NCBI GenBank assembly: GCA_963754315.1
Contig: CAVWFS010000018.1
Span: 224,001-288,000, forward strand
From: an uncultured Candidatus Rokubacteria bacterium
GTDB lineage: Bacteria > Methylomirabilota > Methylomirabilia > Rokubacteriales > CSP1-6
DNA length: 64,000 nucleotides
Direction of reading: 5' to 3'
Shown: one piece after another, positions 32,466 through 42,512 of the stretch
Position numbering within the stretch: the stretch's first letter is position 1
Layout: each line of letters starts with the position of its first letter
Made by a program: the position numbers and the translations under genes
The notes under the pieces: model-generated
What the model was told of the DNA's origin: nothing
What the model saw: the letters and a program-made list of their open reading frames with translations, nothing else
Databases searched by the model: none

Positions 32466-33398
32466 ATGGCATCAATTGCTCCGACGGTCAGGCAACTCGC
32501 CTCAGGGCTCCGCTTTCCCGAAGGGCCGGTGGCCATGCCTGATGGCTCGATCATCCTGGTCGAGATCGCTCGCCAGACACTCTCCCGCGTGACCCCCGAC
32601 GGCAAGGTGACCGTGATCGCCCACCTGGGCGGGGGACCCAACGGAGCGGCCCTCGGCCCCGGCGGGAGGATCTACGTGGCCAACAATGGCGGTCTCAAGT
32701 GGGTGGAGCGGCCGGGGCGACTGTTCCCGGTGCTGCAGGCCGACGACTATGCGGGAGGAAGCATCCAGGTCGTCGCCGCCGAGACAGGCAAGGTGGAGAC
32801 CCTCTACGATGCGTGCGACGGCCAACGCCTGCGCGGGCCCAACGATCTCGTGTTCGACCGGGCCGGGGGCTTCTGGTTCACCGATCTTGGCAAGACGCGC
32901 GAGCGCGACGCGGATCGGGGCGTCGTCTACTACGCAAAGGCCGATGGCTCGACGATCAAAGAGGCGATCTTTCCGCTGGAACGACCGAATGGCATCGGCT
33001 TGTCTCCAGACGAGAAGACACTTTACGTGGTCGAGACCCCGACGGCGCGCTGCTGGGCCTTTCGCCTTTCGGCGCCGGGGCAGATCGAATCCGCAAACGG
33101 ACCGTACCGGGGAGAAAAGGGCACGGTCGTCGCGGGTCTCGGTGGCTACCAGATGTTCGACTCGCTCGCCGTCGACAGTGAGAGTCACATCTGTGTGGCG
33201 ACCCTGATCACCGGCGCCATCAGCGACATTTGGCCCGACGGTAGTCGGGTGGACCAGTACACCTTGCCCGACATGATGGTCACCAACGTGTGCTTCGGGG
33301 GGAAGGACATGCGCACGGCGTTTGCCACCCTGTCGATGGGCGGCACCCTGGTGTCCTTCCAATGGCCGCGGCCCGGTCTACGCTTGAATTACCAATAG
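32466..33398 (+). CDS. SMP-30/gluconolactonase/LRE family protein
   Basis: GLRFPEGP, GPNDLVFD, PNGIGLSPD, FDSLAVD, TNVCFGG; AGGAGG RBS. Confidence 0.9.
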   Translation: MASIAPTVRQLASGLRFPEGPVAMPDGSIILVEIARQTLSRVTPDGKVTVIAHLGGGPNGAALGPGGRIYVANNGGLKWVERPGRLFPVLQADDYAGGSIQVVAAETGKVETLYDACDGQRLRGPNDLVFDRAGGFWFTDLGKTRERDADRGVVYYAKADGSTIKEAIFPLERPNGIGLSPDEKTLYVVETPTARCWAFRLSAPGQIESANGPYRGEKGTVVAGLGGYQMFDSLAVDSESHICVATLITGAISDIWPDGSRVDQYTLPDMMVTNVCFGGKDMRTAFATLSMGGTLVSFQWPRPGLRLNYQ

Positions 33399-33417
33399 GA
33401 TGGCCTCGACGGTAGGA

Positions 33418-33436
33418 GGGGCCCTTGAAGGGCCCC
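33418..33436. repeat. GC-rich palindrome (REP-like hairpin)
   Basis: GGGGCCCTT-G-AAGGGCCCC immediately downstream of the lactonase gene. Confidence 0.5.
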
Positions 33437-33528
33437 AACCAGCGCTCTGGTTTTTTGCGGGCGGCTGGCGTAAGGTGCCGAGGTAAGGCAAGGTCGCAGC
33501 GCACATTAGCCGGCAGAGGAGAGACGAC

Positions 33529-33948
33529 ATGGCGAAGATCAAGCACATCGCCCTCTCGACCCAGGATGTGGACAAGACGGCCAAGTTCTACATCGACGTC
33601 TTCGGTATGAAGGAGATCGCCAAGATCGATAGCCCCGGCGCGCGCGGCTACTACCTGAGCGACGGCGACCTCAACCTGGCCATCCTCAACTTCAAGAACG
33701 ACGCGGTGGCGGGGGTGGAGCGCGGCAAGGACTGGAGCGGCATCCACCATATCGGCTTCCAGGTGGACAACCTCGAGGCCATCGCCGAGAAGCTGGCCGC
33801 CGCGGGCTCGAAGCCGCGCGACGACGTCAACCAGGCCCTCGGCGTGGGCCACCACGGCCACCGCTATGCCAACGTCGAGGTGAAGTACAACGGTCCCGAC
33901 AACGTGATGGTCGACGTCTCGGAGTCGGGTTGGGTCGGGACTAGTTGA
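33529..33948 (+). CDS. VOC (glyoxalase) family protein
   Basis: KIKHIAL...FYIDVFGM, GIHHIGFQV, GPDNVMVDVS. Confidence 0.88.
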   Translation: MAKIKHIALSTQDVDKTAKFYIDVFGMKEIAKIDSPGARGYYLSDGDLNLAILNFKNDAVAGVERGKDWSGIHHIGFQVDNLEAIAEKLAAAGSKPRDDVNQALGVGHHGHRYANVEVKYNGPDNVMVDVSESGWVGTS

Positions 33949-33952
33949 ACAT

Positions 33953-34022
33953 GGGGGGGTCGAGGACGACCCCCCCAAACCCCCCTGGCGCTCGGGGTGC
34001 CCCGGCGGAGCCGGGGCACCCC
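33953..34022. repeat. Double-hairpin REP-like element
   Basis: Hairpin GGGGGGGTCG-AGGA-CGACCCCCCC (33953-33976) plus perfect 13-bp stem GGGGTGCCCCGGC-GGA-GCCGGGGCACCCC (33994-34022). Confidence 0.65.
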
Positions 34023-34059
34023 TCGATCGTGCGTGTGGTGTTTGGTGCGTCCTCCCCCC

Positions 34060-34358
34060 TTCGCTCGGGATCGGCGCCATCTCGATCAGCCACGGTAGCA
34101 GCCACGAGCCACCGAACGGTAGCAGCCACGAGCCACCGAACGGTAGCAGCCACGAGCCACCGAAGTCGATGGTGAGTCCCCGGCGGGCGAAGATCTCCGA
34201 GAAGCGCGCGTGCTCGGAGGCTTCGGTGAGGTCGCAACCGCGGTCGCTGAGGTCGGCGCCCGAACAGAACGCGTCACCCGCCCCCGTGATGACCAGCACG
34301 CGGTCGGCGGTGGTGTCGCTGACCATGGGGCGCCCGGTCGACGCGCACTGCTTCCATG
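34060..34358 (-). pseudogene. Enoyl-CoA hydratase relic
   Basis: DRVLVITGAGDAFCSGADL joined directly to CDL..ASEHARFSEIFARRGLTIDFGGSWLLP; middle and C-terminus missing; boundaries approximate. Confidence 0.7.
34093..34164. repeat. Perfect 24-bp tandem repeat x3
   Basis: CGGTAGCAGCCACGAGCCACCGAA three times, encoding FGGSWLLP x3 on the minus strand. Confidence 0.95.
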
Positions 34359-34522
34359 ATCAAGCCTCCTTGTTGTCCAGCGGACGCGGCGCATAGCCCA
34401 GCCTACCTCGATCTCAAGGCGGCGCCGGTAGCATCTGGTCGATGGCACAATCATCAGCAAAGGTCGTCACCCCCTCAAAACTCCACGAAATACAGTCTCC
34501 GCTGCGTATCCGTCTGAAGACA

Positions 34523-34551
34523 TTGACGGCTGGCCGGTCGCCGTCTACCGT
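34523..34551 (+). promoter_or_regulatory. Sigma70-type promoter for the Uma2 gene (probably leaderless)
   Basis: TTGACG (34523-28), 17-bp spacer, TACCGT (34546-51), ATG 6 nt later, no SD. Confidence 0.55.
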
Positions 34552-34557
34552 GCTGGC

Positions 34558-35175
34558 ATGGCCTCAGTGAGCGAGCCATCCGAGGATCCGACGACGGGTG
34601 TGATACAGGGTTCGGTCACGCTGCGGCGGTGGCGGCGAGTCGAGTACGACCGGCTCACCGAGCTCGGTGTCTTCGAGGGCGAGCCTATCGAGCTTCTCGG
34701 TGGCCAGCTCGTCGTGGCTGAACCTCAGCACCCCTATCACGCGTCCGCGATCACGGCCGCCGACTACGCGTTGAGAGGCGTCCTGCCACGGGGCTGGATC
34801 GTAAGAACTCAGTTGCCCATATCGCTCGACGACGAATCCGAGCCCGAACCCGACCTGGTCGTGGTGGCGGGCGGGCCCGCCGACTATCGCCACGACCATC
34901 CGGCGCACCCGACCCTCGCAGTCGAGGTGGCCACCTCGAGCCTCCGCCTCGACCGCCATCACAAGGGCAGCCTCTACGCGCGGGCGGGCGTCGCGGACTA
35001 CTGGATCGTGAACCTCATCGATCGCCTTCTTGAAGTCTACCGAGACCCCGGGCCCGATCCCTCAGCCCCTTACGGCTGGCGGTACCGGTCGGTCGCAACC
35101 TTGACGCCGCCGGCCGTCGTGATTCCGCTGGCATTCCCGTCGAGCCCCATCGCCGTCGCCGACCTGCTGCCCTAG
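34558..35175 (+). CDS. Uma2-family (DUF820) endonuclease-fold protein
   Basis: IELLGGQL, SEPEPDLVVV, LAVEVATSSL, KGSLYARAGVADYWIVNL. Confidence 0.9.
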   Translation: MASVSEPSEDPTTGVIQGSVTLRRWRRVEYDRLTELGVFEGEPIELLGGQLVVAEPQHPYHASAITAADYALRGVLPRGWIVRTQLPISLDDESEPEPDLVVVAGGPADYRHDHPAHPTLAVEVATSSLRLDRHHKGSLYARAGVADYWIVNLIDRLLEVYRDPGPDPSAPYGWRYRSVATLTPPAVVIPLAFPSSPIAVADLLP

Positions 35176-35297
35176 CCCGTGGGCCTGGCCGCCCTGCCAT
35201 GAGCCAGTGCAGCGTGTTTCATCCCCCGTAGCGAGGCTCACCCGGGAGTCCAGGAACCTGGCCCGCGGGTCGAACGCGGTGGTGCTATCCTTCGCGC

Positions 35298-36493
35298 ATG
35301 GGTGAGCCGACGACGAAAACTCGGACCTTGCGCGGCACGGTGGCCGTGGCCGGGATTGGCGAGACGACCTACTACAAGCACGGGAAGTCGCCCGATCCAG
35401 AATTTAAGCTTGCGCTGATGGCGATTCTCCGCGCCTGCGAGGATGCCGGGATCTCCCCGCGGGAGATCGACGGCTTCGCGTCCTACTCGAACGACCGCAA
35501 CGAGCCCTCACGTCTGGCGGCGGCGCTCGGTCTGCCCGAGTTGCGCTTCGCCAACATGCAGTGGGGCGGGGGGGAGGCGGCGGAGCAGCGGCCGTGGGTA
35601 ACGCCGCCGCCGCCATCGCCGGCGGGCTGGCGGACTGCGTCGTCGTGTTCCGGGCGCTGGCCCAGGGCCAGTTCGCGCGCTTCGGGCGGGGAGCGCCGAC
35701 GGTGACGGTGACGGGCGAGCCGGCCTTCACGTTCCCCTACGGGCTCATCTCCCCGGCCCAGCGGTTCGCCATGCGGGTGATGCGCTTCATGGACGACCAC
35801 GGTGTGCGGCAGGAGACCCTGCGAGCCATCGCGCTCGCCTCGTACCACCACGCGCAGGCCAATCCGCGGGCCGTCATGCACGGCCGTCCCCTGACGCCCG
35901 AGATGTACGACGCCTCCCGCTGGATCGTGGAGCCGTTTCGCCTCTTCGACTGCTGCCTCGAGAACGACGGCGCGGCCGCCCTCATTTTGGTTCCTGCCGA
36001 GCGGGCTCGTGAACTTCGGGCGCGGCCGGTGTACCTCCTCGGCGTTGCCCAGGGCTCCGAGCACCGGAACGGGGCGCCCGTCCACAACGCGCCACTCTAT
36101 GCAACGTCGAGCTTCACCACGGTGGCCCCGCATCTCTACGCCATGGCCGGGGTCAGCCCCAAGGACGTCAACGTCGTGCAGAGCTACGAGAACTTCACGG
36201 GAGGCGTGCTCATGAGTCTGGTCGAGCACGGCTTCTTTGCGCCCGAGGACGCCAACGAGGCGTGTGCGGCCGAGCATCTCATAGCCCCCACGGGACGACT
36301 CCCCCTCAACACGAGTGGTGGCAATCTGGCCGAGTGCTACATGCACGGCCTCGAGTTACAGCTGGAAGCGGTCCGACAGATTCGGGGGGAATCGTCCAAC
36401 CAGGTGCCCGACGCGCACGTATCGATGGTGTGCTCCGGCCCCATGGTCACGCCCGTGTCTAGCCTGATTTTTGGCTCCGAGGCGACCCTCTGA
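35298..36493 (+). CDS. Thiolase-like (SCP-x/Ltp2-type) protein, frameshift in G-run near 35570
   Basis: VAVAGIGET, IVEPFRLFDCCLENDGAAA, SYENFT, LNTSGGNLAECYMHG, EAVRQIRG. Confidence 0.85.
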
Positions 36494-36939
36494 GCGCCGC
36501 GCGCCCGTACTGTCTGCCCGAGGGGCTTCCTCGCCCCGCGCCCGAGGCGGATGGGCTCAGTCGGCCCTACTGGGAGGGCACGCGACGGGGCGAGCTTTGG
36601 GTCCAGCGCTGCCAGAGCTGTCGCGCCTGGCAGTGGGGGCCAGAGTGGATCTGTCACGCGTGCCTGTCGTTCGACGTAGGCTGGGAGCGCGTCGACGGCT
36701 CGGGGCGGATCTATAGCTGGGAGCGCGTCTGGCATCCCGTGCACCCGGCCCTCACCGAGGCCGGCCCCTACGTGGTCCTACTCGTCGAGTTGCCCGATGC
36801 CGACGGTGTGCGCATGGTGGGCAATCTCGTTGGCGATCCGCTTCAGCTGGTACGGATCGGTGCCCCGGTGACGGCCGTGTTCGAACACCACAACGATGGC
36901 CGCCCCCCATATACCCTGGTCCACTGGAGGTGTGCATGA
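36490..36939 (+). CDS. DUF35 Zn-ribbon/OB-fold protein
   Basis: Frame open from 36490: PYWEG...QRCQSC...ICHAC, GRIYSW, PYVVLLVEL, VRMVGNL; overlaps the thiolase stop (CTGA); the ORF track shows only the last 66 aa. Confidence 0.85.
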   Translation: MSAARPYCLPEGLPRPAPEADGLSRPYWEGTRRGELWVQRCQSCRAWQWGPEWICHACLSFDVGWERVDGSGRIYSWERVWHPVHPALTEAGPYVVLLVELPDADGVRMVGNLVGDPLQLVRIGAPVTAVFEHHNDGRPPYTLVHWRCA

Positions 36940-38150
36940 GCACCCTGACCGCGAACGACATCGTCGTCAACGAGCCGAACCGCTGGCGTCTGGCCACCCC
37001 CGGCAACTCGGGCTGGCCCCGCACGGCCCGGCCTGGAACGACGAACAAGTACTTCGTCGTCTCGGCGGACTGCCACGCAAACGAGCCGGCGAATCTATGG
37101 GCGGAGCGGATGGATCGGAAGTATCGCGACCGCCTGCCGCGGATCGTCACCGACGACAAGGGCGTCCAGTGGCGTGTCACCGAAGGGCATCGCCCCGATC
37201 GGATACGCTTGAGCGACCTCGAAGGCGAAGACCTCGTGCGCTCGAAGGCGGGGGCGGATCCGCGGGAGCGATTGCGCGACCAGGCGCGCGATGGGATCGA
37301 TGCCGAGGTGGTCTTCCCAAACAAGGGGCTTTCCATGTGGGCCACCCCCGACGCCCAATTCGCGATGGCCCAGTGTCGGGTGTGGAACGATTGGGCCTGG
37401 GAGACTTTCGGTCCGTACGTGGACCGCATGTCGCCGGCGGCGGCGCTGGCCACCGCGGACCTCGAGGGTTCCCTGGCCGAGGTGCAGCGCGTGAGTGCGC
37501 TCGGCTTTCGCGTCCTCACGCTTCCCTGCAAGCCGGTCTGGGGCGGTCACGACGTCGAGCATCCGAATTACAACCTGCCCCTGTTCGATCCGCTGTGGGC
37601 GGCCATCCAGGAGGCCGACCTTGCCATCACCTTCCACGTCTCCACGGGGCGGGACCCGCGCGCGTCCCGCGGCAACGGCGGCGCCGTCATCAACTATGTC
37701 TCGCACTCGCTCTCGCCCACCATCGAGCCGGTGGCGAACCTGTGTGCCTCCGGAGTGCTCGAGCGCTTTCCGCGCCTGCGCTTCGCGACCATCGAAGCGG
37801 GGATCGGCTGGCTGCCCTGGCTTCTGACGGCCATGGACGAGGCGTATCTCAAGCATCACTTTTGGGTCCGGCCCAAGCTCGCCAAGCTCCCCAGCGAGTA
37901 TTTCCGTCTCCACGGCTTCGCGTCGTTCGGGGAGGACCGCCCGGGGCTGGATCTGGCCGAGCCCTGCCGTCTCGTCGACAACCTCATGTGGGCGAACGAC
38001 TACCCGCATCACGAGGGCACGTGGCCGCACTCGGCCGAGGCGATCGAGCGCACGATGGGCCATCTGACCGACTCGGCCCGCGCGAAGATCCTTGGGCTCA
38101 ATGCGGCGAAGCTGTTCCGCTTCGAGGTTCCCAAGGGCTACGCGGCCTAG
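36936..38150 (+). CDS. Amidohydrolase family protein
   Basis: VSADCHANEP, FDPLWAAIQE, SGVLERFPRL, MWANDYPHHEG, LGLNAAKLF; ATGA overlap with DUF35. Confidence 0.9.
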   Translation: MSTLTANDIVVNEPNRWRLATPGNSGWPRTARPGTTNKYFVVSADCHANEPANLWAERMDRKYRDRLPRIVTDDKGVQWRVTEGHRPDRIRLSDLEGEDLVRSKAGADPRERLRDQARDGIDAEVVFPNKGLSMWATPDAQFAMAQCRVWNDWAWETFGPYVDRMSPAAALATADLEGSLAEVQRVSALGFRVLTLPCKPVWGGHDVEHPNYNLPLFDPLWAAIQEADLAITFHVSTGRDPRASRGNGGAVINYVSHSLSPTIEPVANLCASGVLERFPRLRFATIEAGIGWLPWLLTAMDEAYLKHHFWVRPKLAKLPSEYFRLHGFASFGEDRPGLDLAEPCRLVDNLMWANDYPHHEGTWPHSAEAIERTMGHLTDSARAKILGLNAAKLFRFEVPKGYAA

Positions 38151-38171
38151 CCGGTTTGCCCGATTCCCCCG

Positions 38172-39675
38172 TCAGCGTCGCTCGACGGCGTAGATCACGA
38201 CCGACCCGTCGTGATAAATGGGGCGGAGCCAGGGCGGATGTCCCTCGGGCGTCGCGAGCGCGGTGAGGCCCTTGCGGAACCGTCCCCAGCGGTCGTAGAC
38301 GAGGTAGTCCGGCGGATGTTCATCGAGCATGCGTCCGAGTTCCTCGACTGAGCGTGCGTCGGGAAGCTCCTGCCACGAGCGCCGGCTCAAGTAGGCAATC
38401 TGAGCGCGCACGGCCATCACGGCTGCCCCGGTCGGGGCCACCCCCGCCAGATAGCGAGCGGCGGGTAGAAGCTCGATCGGCTGTCGGGCCAACGTCGTGC
38501 GTACCGCGTGCCAGGAGCGGGCCACGGACGGGATGAGGATCAGCAGGGCGAGGGCCGCGACCACCGCGGAGCCGATCAGGGGCCTGCCGACGGCGCGCCC
38601 AATGGCTCCGGCGATCCGGATGATCGCGAAGGCTGCAAAGCCGCTGTAGCAGGCCAGCAGGAAGAGGAAGTATCGCCTCTCCCAATGGGTAAGCGACATC
38701 AGGAGAAAGAACGCGAGCGCTCCAGCCAGGACGATGAGCACGGCGCGCTGCCGATATCGAGCCAGGCTGACGACGATGCCGAGGGCGGCCAGCGGACCGA
38801 CCGGAAAGAGGGCGAGGCTCGCCCCGAAGGAGTTGATCAGGAGTGGACCGAGATGCTGGGCATAGCTCCGGGCGAAGACCAGGGGGTCCGCGAGGAACAC
38901 GTCGGCCAGCGAGGAGATCGTCCGCGCATCGATGTGCGCGATATGCTCGCGGGCGACGTCTCGGTAGTTCGTACTGTAGAGGGCGGACCCATGCTGGGCG
39001 TAGTTCAGCCCGAGCCAAGGGGCCACCATCAGGAGGAAACTACCGAGGTAGAGCGCGGCCCGATGCGCACGCTCGGTCTTCGACCCCTCTCCGGAGAGGA
39101 CACCGGCCAGGCCCGGTACCAGCAGAAACACGCCGTTGTATCGCAAGAGGTAGGCGGCGCCACAGAGCGCGCCGGCAAGAGCGGCCGCCTGCTTGCGGCG
39201 CGAGCCCTCGTGGGTGATGACGAATCAGCGCGCCCAGACAGACACACACGAAAGGGACGTCGGTCATGGCGGCAATGGCGTACGTCGTGAACGTCGGGGA
39301 TGACAACATGATGAGCACCGCCAGCAGCGCCGCCGTGGCCCCGAACAGGCGCCGGTGGAGATAGAAGGCCAGGACTCCCGCCAGCCCTGCCGCCAGAACG
39401 GAGAGCCACTTGCCCGCGGCGAACCTATCGTCCGTGAGCGGCGACAGGAGCGCGAGCAGCAGAGGATAGCCCGGCGGGTTGTAGGTGTTCTGCGGGAGTG
39501 CTCCGATGGCAATCCGGTCCGCATCGGGTGCATACCAGCGATAGAAGTCCGAGAACACACCCACGACATGCTGGTGTACCGGATAGGCGAGGGCGAGAAC
39601 GTAGACCGCACTGATGGCGAGGGCGACTCCTCCCACTCGTCGGGTGGACCATGCCGACAGGATCGCGGTCCTCAT
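38172..39675 (-). CDS. GT-C (ArnT/PMT-like) membrane glycosyltransferase, frameshifted near 39200
   Basis: YNPPGYPLLL, MTDVPF, RYNG, ERRYF; multi-TM; C-terminal PDYLVYD. Confidence 0.65.
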
Positions 39676-41073
39676 GGCCTCGGCGCCGCCGCCAGCAGTT
39701 CCTGGACCACGGGGAGCAAGCAGGCCGCGACCGCAGCATTACCGAGAGGCGAGTAGTGGCCCGGCCCAAAGAGGCGGGCTGGATTCTGCTTTGCAAGGCA
39801 CGGTGTCACGTCGGTGTAGGGCAGACCGCTGCCGCGGAGGGTCGTCTGGGCCAGACTGTGCCAGCCAGCATCTTCTGCTCGCCGACGAAAATCGCGATCG
39901 GAAGGAAAGTACACGAGCAGGGGACGGGCCCCAGCGGCCGCCGCCTCGCGCGCGAACGCGCGCAGGATCGCGCGATTGAGCTCGAGCACCCTCGTGTCCG
40001 ACCGCCGTGGGTCCGGCCCCGTCCACGCGCGCGCGCGCGAGACGATCAGGCGATAAAGGTAAGACGAATCGAGGGTGTGCCACTCCCAGTCCTCGGCGCG
40101 ATACCCAGGGTCGTACTCGATGAAGGGGAGCTCACGAATCGACCGGGCAGCCACGATCGATTCGGGCGAGGGTAAGGGCACGTTCAGCAAGGCGAGCCGG
40201 TCAAGGTCGGTCACGAAACGCGGCTTCGCGAACGGGAAAGGCCACCCCGGAAAGCTCACGAAGCTGTAGACGGCCAGCGACCGGAACAGGTCGTGGTTGA
40301 TGAGCCCGAGGATCACCACGTCCGGCCGCCAGGGGCGGACATCGCGCGCATACCGCAGATAGGCCTGATCGACCCCGTAGCCGTCGACCCCGAAGTTGAG
40401 GACTTGCACGTCGGGGCCGAGCGCTCGCTCGAGCCGATGCCCCCAAGAATCGGCGTAGCTGACCTCCAGGCCGAAGGTGAAGGAATCGCCGACGAGGGCG
40501 ATGCGACGAGAGGCGGTACGCTCCCGGAGCGCCATGCCTGATGACGGGCTGCGCAGCCCTTCCGCGCTGCTGAAGTACAAACCGTCTGCGCTCCGACGGT
40601 TGGGCCCGATCACCCAACCAAGGTTCTCATCCGCCACCAGGTACGATCCGTCCCGCGCCGCGCGGGCCAGGATGGCTTGGTTGTGGGTGACGACGTCCGA
40701 CCACCTCCAGGGCAAGAGGTGCGTATTCATCACCACGGGCCCGCGTGGTGTCGGGCGGGCCAACAGACGAAGCGTGAGCTCCGCGGTCGCGAGAATGAGC
40801 AGGATCGAGACCAGGTTGAGCACCATTGTGAAGGCGACCCGCTGGCAGTCACCGCCTGCTCGTGTCCGGTACCGCTGCACGATGACCGCCGCCGCCCCCA
40901 GGAGAGCCAGACCGGCGAGGACGGAGAGGGTCAGTGACGAGACGACCAGCCCTCTGACCGGCAAGGACCAGCAGCAGCAGAGCGGAGCCCTCGAAGACGT
41001 ACAACGAAGCCAGGAGGCGGACGTCGGGAGCAACCATGGACGGACGCGCGGGAAGAAGGCTCGCGCTCCTCAC
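39672..41073 (-). CDS. Membrane-anchored SGNH/GDSL hydrolase (frameshift near 40950)
   Basis: N-terminal TM helices, VGDSFTFG, NFGVDGYG, PDVVILG, GHYSPLGN; GTG start overlaps the flippase stop. Confidence 0.75.
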
Positions 41074-42071
41074 GATTTCACGTCGTCGAGCTCGGGCTCG
41101 GCCATGGTCGCCGGGCGTGCCGAGAGCGCGCTCAGCAAGGCGAAGCCAACGGTGATCCACACGATCTCGCGCAGCCGCCGTACCAGCGTATAGGTGAGGC
41201 CTACGGCGCCGCCCAGGCCGAAGGCCGCGAAGATGGCGATGTTGCCGCCTTCCAGAGCGCCCAGGCTGGCCGGAATCATGAAGCTGAAGAATTTCACGGC
41301 GCTGCCGAAAGCCCCGATGGCCAGGGCCGACCACGGAGAAATGGGGACGTCGAGCAAGCGGACAACCAGGTAGATCTCGAGCGAGCCCAGCGCGAACGCG
41401 AGGAGGTGGAACAGGACCGAGATCACCAGGCGCCTCTGGTGCCCGAGGTAGGTCGCGCGCAACGTCTCGTCCATTCCCTCGAGCACGGCCTGGCCTCGGG
41501 CGGGAGCCAACCTGAACTTCGCGAGCCAGCGTCCCCCGCGGCCCAGCACGCCCGCCAACTGCAGAATCACGAAGCCCGCCACGCACACGATCTCGAGCCC
41601 AAACAGAGTGAGCATCGTGATCATGATCGGACTCGAGAGCGGCAACAGACTGGCCCCCACCAGCAGCCCAACCGCGAGGAACAGGACCAGGGAGGTGACG
41701 GTCGTGGTTTTATCGACGATAACGGACGCCAAACCCTCGCGGAGAGGGACGCCGGGACGAAGCAGATAGGCCTTGACGGGCTCGCCGCCGACGGAGGCGG
41801 TCGGGGTGCCAAGATTCACGGCCTCGCCGGCCAGACGCACTCCGAGCAAGTGGTAGAGTGCGCACGGGCGCCGGAGGAACGTGAAGCGCCAGCCCACCGT
41901 GTCGAGAAGAACGACGACCGACGTGGGGAACAGGAAAACCAGGAGCAGCCGCCACGACAGACTCCGCAGGGCGCTCCACACCACCTCGGGGCCGATCTGG
42001 TTGACCAGGTAGCCCACGACCGAGAGTCCGGCTACGAGGAGGAGCAGGCGGACGAGAGCCCGAGTCGACAC
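41070..42071 (-). CDS. LPG-synthase-TM / flippase-like membrane protein (HpnL-like)
   Basis: RLAGEAVN...GGEPVKAYLL, IPASLGALEGG, LVRRLRE. Confidence 0.8.
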   Translation of the reverse strand: MSTRALVRLLLLVAGLSVVGYLVNQIGPEVVWSALRSLSWRLLLVFLFPTSVVVLLDTVGWRFTFLRRPCALYHLLGVRLAGEAVNLGTPTASVGGEPVKAYLLRPGVPLREGLASVIVDKTTTVTSLVLFLAVGLLVGASLLPLSSPIMITMLTLFGLEIVCVAGFVILQLAGVLGRGGRWLAKFRLAPARGQAVLEGMDETLRATYLGHQRRLVISVLFHLLAFALGSLEIYLVVRLLDVPISPWSALAIGAFGSAVKFFSFMIPASLGALEGGNIAIFAAFGLGGAVGLTYTLVRRLREIVWITVGFALLSALSARPATMAEPELDDVKS

Positions 42072-42091
42072 GCGCGCTGCGCGGTGCAGCC

Positions 42092-42512
42092 TCAGTCCGC
42101 CGAGAGCACGACGTTCGCTTCCCGGTACAACACCAGGATGAACGCGATGATGAGCATGGCGACGCTCGCCGCTGCTCCCGCCACCTTGTGCAAGGGCGGG
42201 GTCAGGCGGAGCTCGAGCCAGCGCGCGGTCACCAGGAGGCCAGTGACGGCGCCCATGGTCGAGTGCGTGACCTTGCGGCGTGTCCACCATTCCACCAGCC
42301 CCAGGGCCACCACGAGCGCGGCGGTGAGGCCCATCGCGACCAGGATGAGGCCGGAGACGTTTTGGCTGAAGCTTGGACCACAGATGGACCTCACGGGTTC
42401 GCTCGCCGCGCACCCAGAATCCCCACGCGATGCTGCCAAACGCCAGTGACAGACTGACGAGAAGAGCACCGCGAAGAAGGCTGTCGAGAAAGTCGGCGAG
42501 GACCAGCACCGG
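42092..42512 (-). pseudogene. Collapsed CopD-family membrane protein relic
   Basis: N-terminal ADFLDSLLRGALL.. joined to ..NVSGLILVAMG..ARWLELRL..LYREA C-terminal-like segments in another frame; family assigned from recalled similarity only. Confidence 0.45.

Noticed and set aside
30290..32542. 750-aa plus-strand ORF and similar long antisense ORFs (1614..3257, 49088..50425)
   Set aside because: Antisense shadows of well-supported genes, as expected in high-GC DNA
34093..34164. Possible CRISPR array
   Set aside because: The repeats are contiguous with no spacers, encode part of a hydratase, and no cas genes are present
41070..42509. 479-aa ORF suggesting a CopD-flippase fusion
   Set aside because: The upstream part is out-of-frame relic sequence; the flippase plausibly starts at GTG 42071
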